A stretch of 64,000 nucleotides of DNA from Harriotta raleighana (taxonomy: Eukaryota). This document shows positions 1 through 11,665 of this stretch, one piece after another. The translations under genes and the position numbers were made by a program. Position 1 is the stretch's first letter, and each line of letters begins with the position of its first letter. The notes beneath the pieces were generated by a model, which was not told where the DNA came from, did no database searches, and saw nothing but the letters and a program-made list of their open reading frames with translations. The stretch lies in NCBI GenBank assembly GCA_050575255.1, contig JBNZDD010013730.1, forward strand, positions 7,718,012 through 7,782,011, written 5' to 3'.

Positions 1-164
1 TAGAGTTGGGTGTCATCCGCATACATGTGGAAGTTAACCCCATGTCTGCGGATGATGTCACCAAGGGGGAGCATATAGAGGGTGAAGAGGAGAGGACCAA
101 GGACAGAGCCCTGAGGGACGCCGCACGAGACAGTGCAGGGGCTGGAGGAAAAGCCATTTGAGGA
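1..164 (-). mobile_element. L2 LINE reverse transcriptase fragment, running off the window start
   Basis: Minus-strand translation [54 protein letters not shown] contains the [10 protein letters not shown] and YADD RT motifs of L2/CR1-clade LINEs. Confidence 0.93.
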
Positions 165-176
165 AAAAAATGTCTA

Positions 177-725
177 TTCAGAATTCAAGGCACAATGTAC
201 TGCACAAGCTCTATAACTGTCTTTATGATGTCTTCTACCTTCTTGCTGCTATTGCTGAGAGAGAATGCACTAGTGAAGTATGCAGTTAACCCAGATATCC
301 GAGTCCTTTATTTGCTGACTAAGAACCAGAAGGTTGGGGTGAACTATTGTCACTGAGACAAACTTTGGCAGACTGATCTTTTCAATTAAAACCTGACTAT
401 GGATGTATTTCCCATGCTTTCTCTCTGGTAAACTTGGCAGTTCCACTAATTTTTCATGCCCCCTTGCAGCAGAAGCATAGCAAACAATCAGTGACAATTT
501 CACCTGATTACTTGCATCGGTAGTTTCATCAGGGGACTTGTGAAAATAGCAACCTGTCCTTCACAGTAAATAGGATCCTGTCCTTCACAGTATTCTGACA
601 GTGAGACATTTCTGCTACACATTGCACAGTATTCTCCTTATTGGGAAAGTGATGAAACAAGATGTCAGCACTATTCAGCAGAGCATGCTAAGTTCACCAC
701 CTGAACGAGGCTGAGCAAATTTGCA
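177..725 (-). mobile_element. Decayed hAT transposase relic (Charlie/SPIN, GTF2IRD2-like)
   Basis: Manual minus-strand translation across frameshifts gives motifs in the expected order: ILFHHFPNKE..EMSHCQNTVKDRIL, DETTDASNQVKLSLIVCY (first catalytic Asp block), KFVSVT, NCILH* (CxxH), VEDIIKTVIELVQYI..ALN. Stops and frameshifts are present. Confidence 0.8.
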
Positions 726-1019
726 GTACAGTGTGTATATATGACGTTGTTTGAATAGAAATTGAGAAAATTATTATTTAATCACAGACACCTTAGTACA
801 ATTATTCTAATTATTCTACAACAATCTGCTGGAAAACATCGATTCAAAAATATGAGTAATTAGTGACCATCACAATGATAAACAATGTTATGTGGTATTT
901 GATGCACATTCTTGTCAAACACTTTATTTGCATAGGTTGACCCAGAATAAGTTCTTGGAGTGCTGTATTATGTTATTTGACACGCCTGATAAAATTCCCC
1001 ACAAAAAGCAATAAAAATT

Positions 1020-1183
1020 TGGTTACTCAACCTACGACTGTTTGCTGGACATTGCTGTGCACAATTGTCTGCCGTGTTTCTTCCACAATGATAGTCAAGT
1101 CACTTTACAGTATATTCTGTGAAGCACTTTGAGATGCCTAAAAGACGTGGAAAGTGCTATGTCAAATGCAAAGATTATTATTA
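1020..1183 (+). mobile_element. SINE 3' fragment
   Basis: Matches the body and tail of the full copies in this window (tgctgtgcacaattg...gtgaagcactttgaga...aaatgcaaagattattatt). Confidence 0.85.
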
Positions 1184-2329
1184 CCTTGTGAAATTATGGA
1201 TGTGAAACTGTTCAGGAATATTGAATCTGGATTGAAAAAAAAATAGTCTCAATTGGAAGAGGTTCCTTCTGTTCCTCGCTAGCGAGTATGAACATTTGTC
1301 TCTGAATTAATCCTATTTAACATGAAAGCCAAAAAGAAAAAAAGTTTGGTAGCTGCTATTATGAAGATATGCTAAGTAAGCCTCTCACTGATTTTAATCA
1401 CAGACACTATACCTTGGTGCTGTACAATGTGAACTGATTATAGATTGAGGTTCAGCACCTCCTCCAAAGGAGGATACCTCAAACAATTTAACACTGAATG
1501 TTACATTCAGAAATCAACCTGGTCTGTAAGCCTGGATATTGCAGGCTTAATACCACAACTGATCCAAAAGCTAGTGCAACCAACTGAATCAAACTTCCAG
1601 CTAGCGTGTGCTCAAGTAACATAGTTTGAATTAAACCTCTGGGTCCCAATAATTTGTCTCATAACTAGTAACCTTATTCTTTCTGGTACTTGCTAACAAA
1701 ATATTTTTCCAACATCATTGGTATTTTGGTTAGAATGTTACAGAGCAGTTTACAGCTTTGAGACAAATATTGACTAACTATCAGGCATGATAAATGATAT
1801 CTAATTGGACACCAGTCTACCTGAATTTCACTGATATTGTAATCGGTTTGGCTGTTTCGCATCTGAAATTGACAAATTCATTGATGGTTTCCATAGAAAA
1901 AGTTTGAAAGAACACTGACCTGAAATGTAATGTGAGGCATGAGGACAGATTAATATTGTGGTTTGGGTTTAAGAAGTTGTTGCCCTTGTGCAGTTATGCT
2001 GCAAATGTATGGATGTCGTATAGCTTTTTCGTAAGGGGAAGCATTTTATATTCCTCTTGCCTACCTTTATTTCTAGGGACTGGACTGTCTTCACATCTAT
2101 CCAATAATTTCTCATGCTGAAGGCATATAGAAGTGTTGTAGCATCAATTAATTATTGTTCATTATTCGCACACAATCATTTTATTCAAAGTGCTTTATTA
2201 AATGATGAGCTTTAAACCAGCAAAACAATTTCTTAATAGGTAAAGGAAATGAGATCATACAGTAAGGTCAACATTTTAAATTAAGCTTCCACCAGCAGTT
2301 AGTCCACTGAATTAGTCCATGAATTCATA

Positions 2330-2445
2330 GAATTAGATACATAGAATTGCATTGAACATTACAACCCAACACTAGTGTCTATGTTTAAAGTCCACATGGG
2401 TCTCCATCCCTCCTAAATCCCTCTATTCACTTCTCCCTCATGTAT
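2330..2445 (-). mobile_element. Old CR1 LINE 3' end fragment
   Basis: catagaa-repeat tail followed by degenerate 3' UTR-like sequence, similar in layout to 12957-13240. Confidence 0.45.
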
Positions 2446-2871
2446 GAATTAAAAAGGCTTGGATTGTCAGGAATGTTAATTCTTGCATGTTTCTGTGTCT
2501 GGTTTATGAGCTGCAAAGGATGGTTGTGGTTTTTAAAATGATTCTATTTCTATCCCTGAGCATATTTCCAGTACAGTATATCGCAAGGTAGTTTTCCTGT
2601 TTTCAGTTGTTTGAAATTCACATGCTTTAAAATATTTGCATTATATATATATTACCATATCATCGTCAAGACGTCTCAAAGCATTTTACAGGATTTTCCA
2701 GTGAAATGTAACGTTTCTATTTGTAGGCAAATTCACAAGCTTTCTTTAGTTAGGAGCAAATACAATAAGTTACAGAATGCACTTGAAGCTGTAGGTTCTT
2801 AACTGGTTCCTTTTTGGATTGCCTTTGAATGAAATATTTTACTTTATTCTTTCATTTTCATGTGTTTATAG

Positions 2872-2971
2872 ATGAAGCCAAAGGTTTATAGATGAAGCCA
2901 GAGCCACATGTATTGAGATGGAATAGCAACTCCCAAAGTCCACAGCATGCAATGTGCATTTGCTGAAGCAG
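2872..2971 (+). other. Candidate exon, probably non-coding
   Basis: Pyrimidine tract ending tttatag| and donor CAG|gtatgt. A 17-nt duplication creates a second AG at 2890-2891. Confidence 0.3.
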
Positions 2972-3567
2972 GTATGTGTATGAGTGATTGAGAGCCATTA
3001 GGGAATATTGTAGGGCCATTTCAGTTGACTTATACTGCTATACATGATGCTTGTAATCGTTACTCTTGTATCTTGTGACAAAATAAGCTACAATTTGTGA
3101 CATTGCAAGCTAAGACAGCAACAATTTATACTTGTTTGGTGCTTTTCATGTAGAAGAAGGCTTCAAAGAATTTTATCAGAAGAAATGGTAGACCAAGCAA
3201 TATTATCAAATGTAGGTTGCAAGAGGCTCTTGATGCAGTCAAAGAGAGACATTTTTAAAAGAGTTTTATAAGCAGAAAGGGATAAAGCAAAATATTACTT
3301 GGAGGGATCTGATTGATGCAAGTTAGATCATCTGATATCTTGGTTGCAGCACAAAACTAAAATCAAATCACTGGTCAAATTGAATCTTAGTGTAGTTTCA
3401 GAAACATGGTAGGTCTGTGTTTCTACCCTTACATGTGGTTTACATTACACTAGGTTGAGTGAGAGCNGGGTTAGCAATGGCTGTTATCCACCAACAGCTC
3501 CTTCAGAATAGAGAAAAAGGTGCAAAATATTCTGTGACTTCAGTAAGACTTGAGAAGAGCCTCATAA

Positions 3568-3635
3568 AAACAACAACAACAAAATTACATTTGTATAGCA
3601 CTTTTCACGTCCCAGGATGTCCCAGGGCGCTGGGA
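3568..3635 (-). mobile_element. L2 3' tail
   Basis: (caa)n followed by aaaattacatttgtatagcacttttcacgtcc..gtcccagggcgctg, the reverse complement of the L2 tail at 28971-29041. Confidence 0.85.
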
Positions 3636-3759
3636 GAAATGGTATCAAAGAAATATGCTGACATACCCCAATCTATATTAGATACAGTCAATCAATGCTG
3701 TAATCCCCTAACAGGGGGTTATAACATTCCAAAGGTGTGGCATGTTTATATTATCTGTA

Positions 3760-3965
3760 GTAATAATAATAATTCTTGTGTTTCATATAGCAGCTTTTCA
3801 AGAGTTCAAGGTAGCTCAAAGCACTTCACAGTATATACTGAACAATGAATTGACTGAATATTTTGTGAGTGAATTGCAGAAACGAATTGCAGGCAGCAAG
3901 GTCCCACAAACAGTTGTGGATCGAGTGACCAATTTTTTTTCATTGAAGCAATTAATACCCCCAGA
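3760..3965 (-). mobile_element. SINE fragment
   Basis: (taa)n tail, caaagcacttcacagtatatactg, gtcccacaaacag. Confidence 0.8.
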
Positions 3966-4375
3966 AAAACGATCCGCCAATTGACTAACAACGGGATCCT
4001 ACTTACTGCTGCGTAAAAAAGAAATGCTTTTCTCATTCAACTAACCTTTTCAGTCCGAGTAATACATTTATTGTAGGTAAGCCATAGATAGCTTTCTTGT
4101 TTACAAAGCAAAGCTCTAAAAGCACACTATGTTTGCATTAAACTTTGAGGCTAAATGATTTCAAAATTGTGTCAGCTTTAAAGGTTTAATATAAATCACC
4201 ATTGACTTTATGTTGCCTTTCAGGTAACCCCAGAAAGTTTGAGTTTTAATGGTACACGAGTAGTTTAACCAGTAAAGTGAACAGATTGGAGTTTTGGCGT
4301 TGGGTTCACTGTGCCTTGTCACTCAAAGGAGGCAAAAAACGTTTCACATTCACAGTGATTAGTGATATGAATATA

Positions 4376-4904
4376 TAGTTAAAAGCCCGTTTATCCATGA
4401 CTCGATGAACCAGAACTTCCGTTTAACTGGCACGTTAAAAAAAAAAGTCCCCATCGGATTAACCGGAAGTTATCCGGCAGAATAGCGGTGGCGTATTTAA
4501 TGAATCGATTGTCGCATGAGACTACTGTGCAGGTATTTTGGCTTGCCGCTAGTAAAGCTTGAAAGTTGCGCTGCCGTTTCTTTTCCTCCCGTGGCGGCTG
4601 CCACTGCAGAAGTTAAGTATAAATAATAAAGTACCAATACAATATTCTGTTATTACAGTATCTGTTATTACAGTATTTAGTCTATTGTTAATACGTTACA
4701 GTGTACAACATTCACAATTAAGTACCCACACAATATTCTGTTATTATCTGTTATTATTTAGTCTATTATTAATATGGTATGTGTTAAAATAAGTCAATTT
4801 TTTTTGTGTTGGGTTTTCAGCATCGGATAGGACCATTTAACCAGCAAGCCATTTAACTGGCATTGGCCAGGTCCCCCGGGTGCCAGATAAACGGGCTTTT
4901 ATGG
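4376..4904 (+). mobile_element. Tigger/pogo-like (Tc1-mariner) MITE, copy 1
   Basis: Terminal inverted repeats aaaagcccgtttatc / gataaacgggctttt with flanking TA. Internal sequence is shared with copies at 20444 and 60089. No ORF. Confidence 0.88.
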
Positions 4905-4909
4905 TACTA

Positions 4910-4975
4910 TTTCAGCACTTTGGGATGCCCTTACAATATGGAAGGCACTATACAAATGTAATTTTAGTGTTGTTC
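4910..4975 (+). mobile_element. L2 3' tail
   Basis: ttcagcactttgggatg...gaaggcactatacaaatgtaattttagtgttgtt. Confidence 0.8.
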
Positions 4976-5251
4976 TCTCTGAATCTGACCACACTGAAGC
5001 CTGCATGTGCCAAGTAACTTTTTAACGGCACCTTCAAATAATCCCATGAGGTCTGCCTTCTTGTTTTGAAAAAGGAGCAAGTTCCTGCATGTTCAGCAAA
5101 ATTCAATTGATTTATGGATGTCGGTGGTCAAGTCTGTGTGCAAAAAAAAAACTCATGCAACAATTTTAAATGCTTTCAAAAAGCTTTGAGTTCTCAGAGT
5201 AAAAATGAAATGTAATAAAATTGTATTTTCTTCTCGAGTTGAACAGACTGA

Positions 5252-5382
5252 GAATTGACTACTATATATTTCTCCAACAAAATATATAGTAGTCAATTCA
5301 CTTTACTGCTTTGTGTAGAACTTTGAGATGTCTTGTGATAAGGCACTATATCAAATGCAAGGATTATTATTATTATTTATTA
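5252..5382 (+). mobile_element. SINE 3' fragment with a fold-back palindrome at its 5' junction
   Basis: Perfect 20-bp arms at 5252-5271 and 5280-5299, followed by the SINE tail ending ggattattattatt. Confidence 0.8.
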
Positions 5383-5814
5383 GAATGAATCTTCTGCTCT
5401 CCCCTGATTTGAATATAAATACTTTTATTGTGTTCAAATGAAGTGGCCAACTATCTTAATATCCAATTCAAATTACTTTTGGTGGGATGGAAACCCATCA
5501 CCTCACCCATGACCAGACTGAAAGTTCAATATATCTGGAAATAAAACTTTCCCCAAAGTCACCGATGCACGGACATTTTATTGTATCCGATATGGAATGC
5601 ACACTCTCTTCTGGTAGGAGTGCACCCTGCTTATTTAATTCAGGAGAGTATCAGGTAAAAGTTGTCGAAAGCCAACCTTTGGCCAATCTCAGAGTGTTTA
5701 TTTAAATACTGCTGGAGTATAACCAGCTAAATTGCCATTGAGAGTAATATTGCTAGATTGACTCTATTCACATATCATTTAGAATGTGCACTATTTGGCA
5801 AATTGTGGAATTCA

Positions 5815-6005
5815 GTTTTAACCCCTCCCTGGCCTCCTTCAAGTCCTGCCTCAAGACCCTCCTCTTTGACCAACTCCCTTCGCTCCACCCTCCCTAATCC
5901 TGATCCCAGCTTGGGTCCAAAACACAGACTTGTCCAAAACAGTGCCTTGGGACATACTCCCAATGTGAAAGGCTCTATGCAAATGTAAATTTGTTGTTGT
6001 TCTTG
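5815..6005 (+). mobile_element. L2 3' fragment
   Basis: cctccttcaagtcctgcctcaagaccctcctctttgac, C-rich 3' UTR and (ttg)n tail. Confidence 0.88.
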
Positions 6006-6185
6006 TTAACTCTGAAGATTATTTTCCTCCCGCTCTTAAAAAATCTGCAAAGACCACACTGCTTTTGGCATTCCCAATCTTCAGATTGCAAGAGTGAATG
6101 ATTTTTAAAAATTCGACACAAGCTTGACTGAGATTTGGGTGGAGGAAAGGAATGAATTAATAAGCCTTTATATTTAGCACATAAT

Positions 6186-7700
6186 TTCAGTGTACAAATA
6201 CTTCAGCCAGGAAATAAAACCATCCCAAAAACCAAATGTCTACAAATCTCTCAATAACATCCATGTGGCATTCTGCAAAAGCTTTCTCCAAATCAACATT
6301 TAAAATAATGCCAGTTTTATTACTCATCAACAGATTATGTTTGGCATCTTGAGCAGACGCAACTGTGTCAGAAATATCTCTTTTCACTGCACAATATGCC
6401 TGGGATGTTGCCAGAAGATGTGGCAAAACTTTCTTTATCTGGTTCGAAAGACTCAAATTAACACTGTGCAATCTTAAAAGAGTAATTGAGTGACAGTTTT
6501 TCCATTTTGGGGTATTTTATTCAAGGCCAAAATAATTTTCCTCTCTTTTTGTTGTGGGAGAAAAAGCCCGTCAACCTGAAACTTCTACTAAATGTCCAAC
6601 AGTTCTGGACTTCTTAAAAAGTTGAATTGAAATTCTAACTTCTTACACACTATCGACCCTCTATCCTCCTCATTCTTTCGCCTCAACCTTCATTGACAGG
6701 TTCAGATCCCAGCTTTCACACAGCCTCCACAAACGGCTTCTCCTTAAGGTGGACATCAAAGATCCCCATAGCCCCATTCACAAAAAAGAATGGAGTTTCT
6801 CCTGGTGCTCGGGCCAACAAATCGCTCCAATAAAATTGACATGTTCCATGGCTGTTTGTGTGAAACTGTTGTGCACAACTGGCTGTTGCGTTTTTCCAAC
6901 AAAATACATGGTAAATCCTCTTTACATTATATCTTGTGAAACATTTTGACATATCTTGATGACATGATAAGGCACTATATCAAATACAAGGATTATTTGT
7001 AGTACTATACCACAACAGAGTGTACTTTTTCCAGTAACTGGCTAGAAATCTCTTCTTTTCTATACAGGGACCGAGGAAAAATCATGTAGTTCTTCAAATA
7101 TCCTCTTTGTCACTGACATCCCAATCATTTATTTTCCTTAACAACCCGAACCTCTTAATTCATCTTTTCCTAAAGTGAAACACTATTTCATACTCCGCTC
7201 AACTTCAACTATCCAACGTCAGAATAATTGAACTGTGTGTTGAGCATTGGTCCTCAGGGCAGCCAAAGCACACTTCTGCCTTTGGATACACTTCAAAAGC
7301 TCTTCTTATCCTAATATTCAATAAGCCATTATATTTGTTATCTTACCCAGGTATTTTAGCAGCACACTTTTCCTGTATCAGTTTAATGAGGTCCCTCTCC
7401 CACTAGACTTTTACCTGAAGCCCCCTTGATCACAACTGCCTTGGTGAAACATTTTGTTGCATCTTATTCCCTTCAGTAAAAATGTACATTTTTAGTTCAT
7501 ATCACTCAATTAGTGCTCCACTGACTGGCTGGAATCTCTTTTTATACTGATAAAGTCCTGAATGGAGCTGGATGCTGACTGTATGTAATCTGGCCAGCTG
7601 GCTGCTCTCTGGTTCTATTGAAACTATTATAACCAAATTCCTAAGCTTTTTTCAACTTCATTAAAATCTAATTTACACATCGAGTTGATTGATCGGTGTA
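6186..7700 (-). mobile_element. Highly decayed L1/Tx1-clade ORF2, interrupted by a SINE
   Basis: ORF 6187-6471 reads LSNQIKKVLPHLLATSQAYC...GIILNVDLEKAF, matching the RT blocks LANRLKKVL..II...Q..F and LD.EKAFD. It is preceded by an NWRPITLL-like remnant. The extent beyond about 6650 is inferred from composition and is uncertain. Confidence 0.7.
6690..7000 (+). mobile_element. Deu-domain SINE (SacSINE1/AmnSINE1-like)
   Basis: aggtggacatcaaagatcccc..atagccccattc..aagaatggagtttctcctggtgctcgggccaac resembles the Deu core, followed by the shared SINE tail. Confidence 0.7.
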
Positions 7701-7974
7701 AAAGACATGTTTAGAAAATGATCTTCAGACACGCGATAGCAATCAATCAGTCAGCAATCTATTGGTCCTGCTTTGCTTTCTAATGATGTTAAATCTCTTC
7801 CCCATTGCATCAAACAGAATAATTCTACCATTTCCACTGATCTTTTCCTTTCGAATCATTATTGCACATTGGTTTGTTTCAACACATTCCATGATATGTT
7901 CTCCTACATTCATTGCCCTGAGTATACATGAAATCTGATGTTCCCTTTTGAGTACGAGAAAGGAGTATCAGATT

Positions 7975-8865
7975 ACCTTATTCCAACCGCATTTGAAACA
8001 TTCGTCCATGTATACCTTACCTTCCGCCTCAATTATTCAAATGTGTTCTTTACCAGCCTCCTCACCTCCACCACCCTTAAAATCCAGCTGATTCATATCT
8101 CTACTGCCCACATAGTTACCCGTAATAAACTCTGTACCCCCATCACACCAGTTCTAGCCAAGCTCCACTGGCTCTCTATTGCCAAACTGATTGTTTTCCA
8201 GATCCTCATACTTATCTTCATATCCCTTCATGTCTTGGCACCTCCGTACCTCCCCGACGTGATGACTCCCCAACCCACCACCTATTGCCTCCACTTGATT
8301 GGCTCCGGCCTCCTGCATGACCTTTGCTTTCCATTATGAAATGTGAACTCTGAAATGCTCTTCCTTTTTCTCCTTCCATCACCGTATTCAGATTGTGGAG
8401 TCCTGGTGGTTAGCCTGGTGGTTAGAGCACTCTCTCTTAGAGCATTTGACTTTTGAACAATATATCTGGGTTCGATTCCTGGCAGGGCGAAACCTTGGGC
8501 AAGTTTCCTTACTCCATGTTCCTGATAATAATCCCTCAAGAAAAAAATTAATAAATGGTCACTTCAATCCACAGCTCTTTGTGGGACACTGCTGTGCGCA
8601 ATTAGCTGCCGCATTTTTCCCACAATATACAGTCAATTTGCTTTACAGTATATTCAGTGAAGTGCTTCGGGACGTCTAGAAGACATGAAAAATGCTATAT
8701 CAAATGCAAGGATTATTGTTATTATTGTGCCTGAAGACTTTCCTCTTCGACCTTGCCCACAGTTCCCACTTCCCCCAGCTTATTGGCCTGCTCCGCCACT
8801 GCCCAGCTCTCTGTGATTCTATTCTGCATGAGGGGTGCTGTATAAATACAAGTTGTCGTTGTTGT
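7975..8865 (+). mobile_element. Old L2 3' fragment split by a SINE
   Basis: Translation RLNYSNVFF...PITPVLAKLHWLSI..IVFQILIL...LHVLAPPYL is the L2 ORF2 C-terminus. The element resumes at 8727 and ends tataaatacaagttgtcgttgttgt. Confidence 0.85.
8395..8726 (+). mobile_element. Full-length tRNA-derived SINE
   Basis: A-box-like tggttagagc, B-box gggttcgattcc, common body and (tta)n tail. Confidence 0.92.
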
Positions 8866-11604
8866 AAGGGAGCCTTTCTCTTCTGCCAGGTCACCTCCCA
8901 TGCTCTTACATTCTCTGGCTCTTGTTCCTTACACCCCATGCGATGAGCAGGGCCCCCCTCCCAGCCTAGGCTCAGTATATCACTCTACATTGAGACCATC
9001 GTGATGAAATCAGATTAAATCATTCCCTGACACAAAATTTTAAATTATGGCAACAGTTGCCAGGTAATTAAACAAAAGAAAAGTAACGGCATAATGGAAT
9101 AAAATTGTCATATCTTTCATTGGGCCAGGCCATCAGCTTCCAATATAAAATAGAGAAACACCCTGTCTATTCATGGGGCGGAACACAACTCATTACATTG
9201 TTCTTGACTGCAGCCACATTTCTGTGAAAAATGTTGTTTCATTCACAACTTGTGATGAATGAAATATCAGGGACTGAATGGATAAGATAACTTTTTATAT
9301 TGACAGAGCAACTTTTAATAAAGGAGTGATTGCATCTGGTTGTTCTCAAACCTAAGTCACAGTATAAATACAACCACAACAACATGTTACAAAAATTGAT
9401 TGCAATATTACTGAAGAAGGCCATTCATTCTATTATGTCTGTGCTGGGTACAGATTACTAAGGTATTACTCGTGGAATCCAAACCAACATTGAAAATTGT
9501 TGTCTCACACATAATGGACCATTAGTTAAGAAAGTCTTACATTCGTATTCTTTTCAAATATGATTTATTCTTGTACTGCTATTAATCATATTATTTTCTA
9601 GTGTCTTCTCCAGTACATATAGGAATATGTAGCTATTTTATATTCTCCTGTAACTATACCACTACCACCAGAGCCAATGTAAGTAGAAGATATCATAATT
9701 GTTTCATTTTTAATGCACTTTTCATATTTATGGCTGAATTAGGCACTTTCGTCAGCATTCCTTTAAAAGGGCAATACATTTATCATGCACATAGAGATGC
9801 AGTTTGTGCCAGATTTTTAGCACTTTAAATTCATTCCCATGCAGGATGGGTTAGGGTGAAGCATTTCTTAATCAACTTCCTTTGCGTTTTAATTAGTGAG
9901 TGATCAGTGTGATAGCTGACAGTTGGCAAAACCCTCTGCTTTCAGTCACTGTCACACTGATTAAGATTCTAGCGGAAAACCTTTTTTTTTTCAGCAACCT
10001 TATTCAGTCTGTGCAATTTAAGAAGCAAAAGAAAGTACCAAACTCATACATCTTGGCAACTGTATAACCTTGAAAATGTGAAACTTTGTAATAACAATGA
10101 GTCATTTCTTAACACTCAGCAAAACCAAATAAACACACCTCTTTGCCTGCTGATGTTTACTCCAGAAATGTCAGCTATGATTTATGCCATTTGATACCAT
10201 GTAGAGGCAATTGACATGCTTTTTTTTGCTGTTGTAAATTCTGATCACTGACTGGTCACACGATCCCGAATTGCTGCATTTAAATTAACCGTGTCTGCTG
10301 AGATTAAAGATACAAACATAGATCTGCTGGGTGTCATTAAAAGTCGAGATGCAGGGCTTGCAGCGATCGATGTGATTCATGAAGGAACGTAGCAGTCTTT
10401 GGTTTGTACTTTCCTCAGGCATATCAACTTGACCAGCCCAAAGTTGTGCATCACGTTCTCTTATTATAATCGTCTATTATCACTAGGAAACAAAGAGCAG
10501 AATAAAGACTGTGGTTTGGAATCGTTTTGCACTGCAATCTTTTATAGATGTTAAGCATTACTGTTGGGTTAAATTGTATTTTCATTGCTGCATTATTCAT
10601 GAAGATCAGGACACTGATTGATTTTAGTATCACTGCTGGAGGTCTATAATTAGAGGCTATCCCACCAATGAAAATTTGTCCCCAAGGTTGCATAAAACAG
10701 AAACTATCACGAAATGAGATAATCTGTCTCTTCCCTTTCATTTCATTTTGATTTAGTTTTTTTACACTGTCACTCAACTCTGTTACCCTGTCTCTGCCTC
10801 ATGGCTGCTCACTTCTCCCCAATCTGCGGAGAGGAGCTGAAACCATGTTCTATTCCACAAAACACTTCATCCTGTTTGTACATAGAGCAGGAAGTGACGT
10901 ACTGCCTTCCTTACAAGTGATGATTATATGTCATGGTACTAATATATTACTTTCCACCTTCTCCACAGGGTGAAACACTGGATCAGGATGTTGTTCTTGT
11001 ATCGCTTGAGATCGGTTTGAATCTAAATCGGGTTAATGATAAAAAAAACTCTTTATGAATTGAGTTTAGGCCACTAAAAAAAACCTATTCTTTTGGTTTA
11101 TGTGCAAAGCTGCAGTATGGGAATGCTCATGATTTAAATCTCATGGTTTACCACAATTTGCTTATCTCACTCAGAGTCGACAGAGATCTAATCATTGATG
11201 TGGGAGAATTTTGGAATTCACTCAGCTTGAAGCTGGTTTGCTGTAATTCACAAATAAAACGGCTTTAAAATGAGTGAATTCCATTTGCCAAATTCCGGTT
11301 GATCTAAAATGCTAACCAAGTATATTGAGTAAGTCTAGATCTCAGTGGAAATGCTGCTACAAATGTTTAAGGTAGAGATATTTGTTCCTACATTGGAGCC
11401 AGATGTGGCCAGATCTTTGGACACTTTTCAGTTGAAATCTGTTTATGACTCCCAAATTTTAAAAAAAAAACATTCTTGGTGGTCCAATGAAATGTCAAGA
11501 ATTCTTTAAAGAACTGTTTTCTTTAAATGGTTACAGAAGATATAAAAATTGCTCGTGTGTTCAAAATTCTGAAATCAGGTTTTTCTTTAATAGGCCGCGA
11601 TTGA

Positions 11605-11665
11605 TTCAACAACTTGTATTTGTGTAGCACCCCTCACACAAGGCAATGCCCAAGAGCTCTTGGAA
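11605..11665 (-). mobile_element. L2 3' tail remnant
   Basis: caacaacttgtatttgtgtagcacccctcacac..gcccaagagc. Confidence 0.6.

Noticed and set aside
1445-1481. Bulged hairpin ttgaggt...acctcaa
   Set aside because: Short arms expected by chance at this window size, with no supporting context.
10285-10308. Minus-strand taatctcagc resembling the miR-216a 5' end
   Set aside because: The match stops after 10 nt and there is no precursor hairpin.
10969-11058. Strong acceptor tttccaccttctccacag with a short open frame
   Set aside because: Unrecognisable 29-aa peptide and no good donor nearby; insufficient support.
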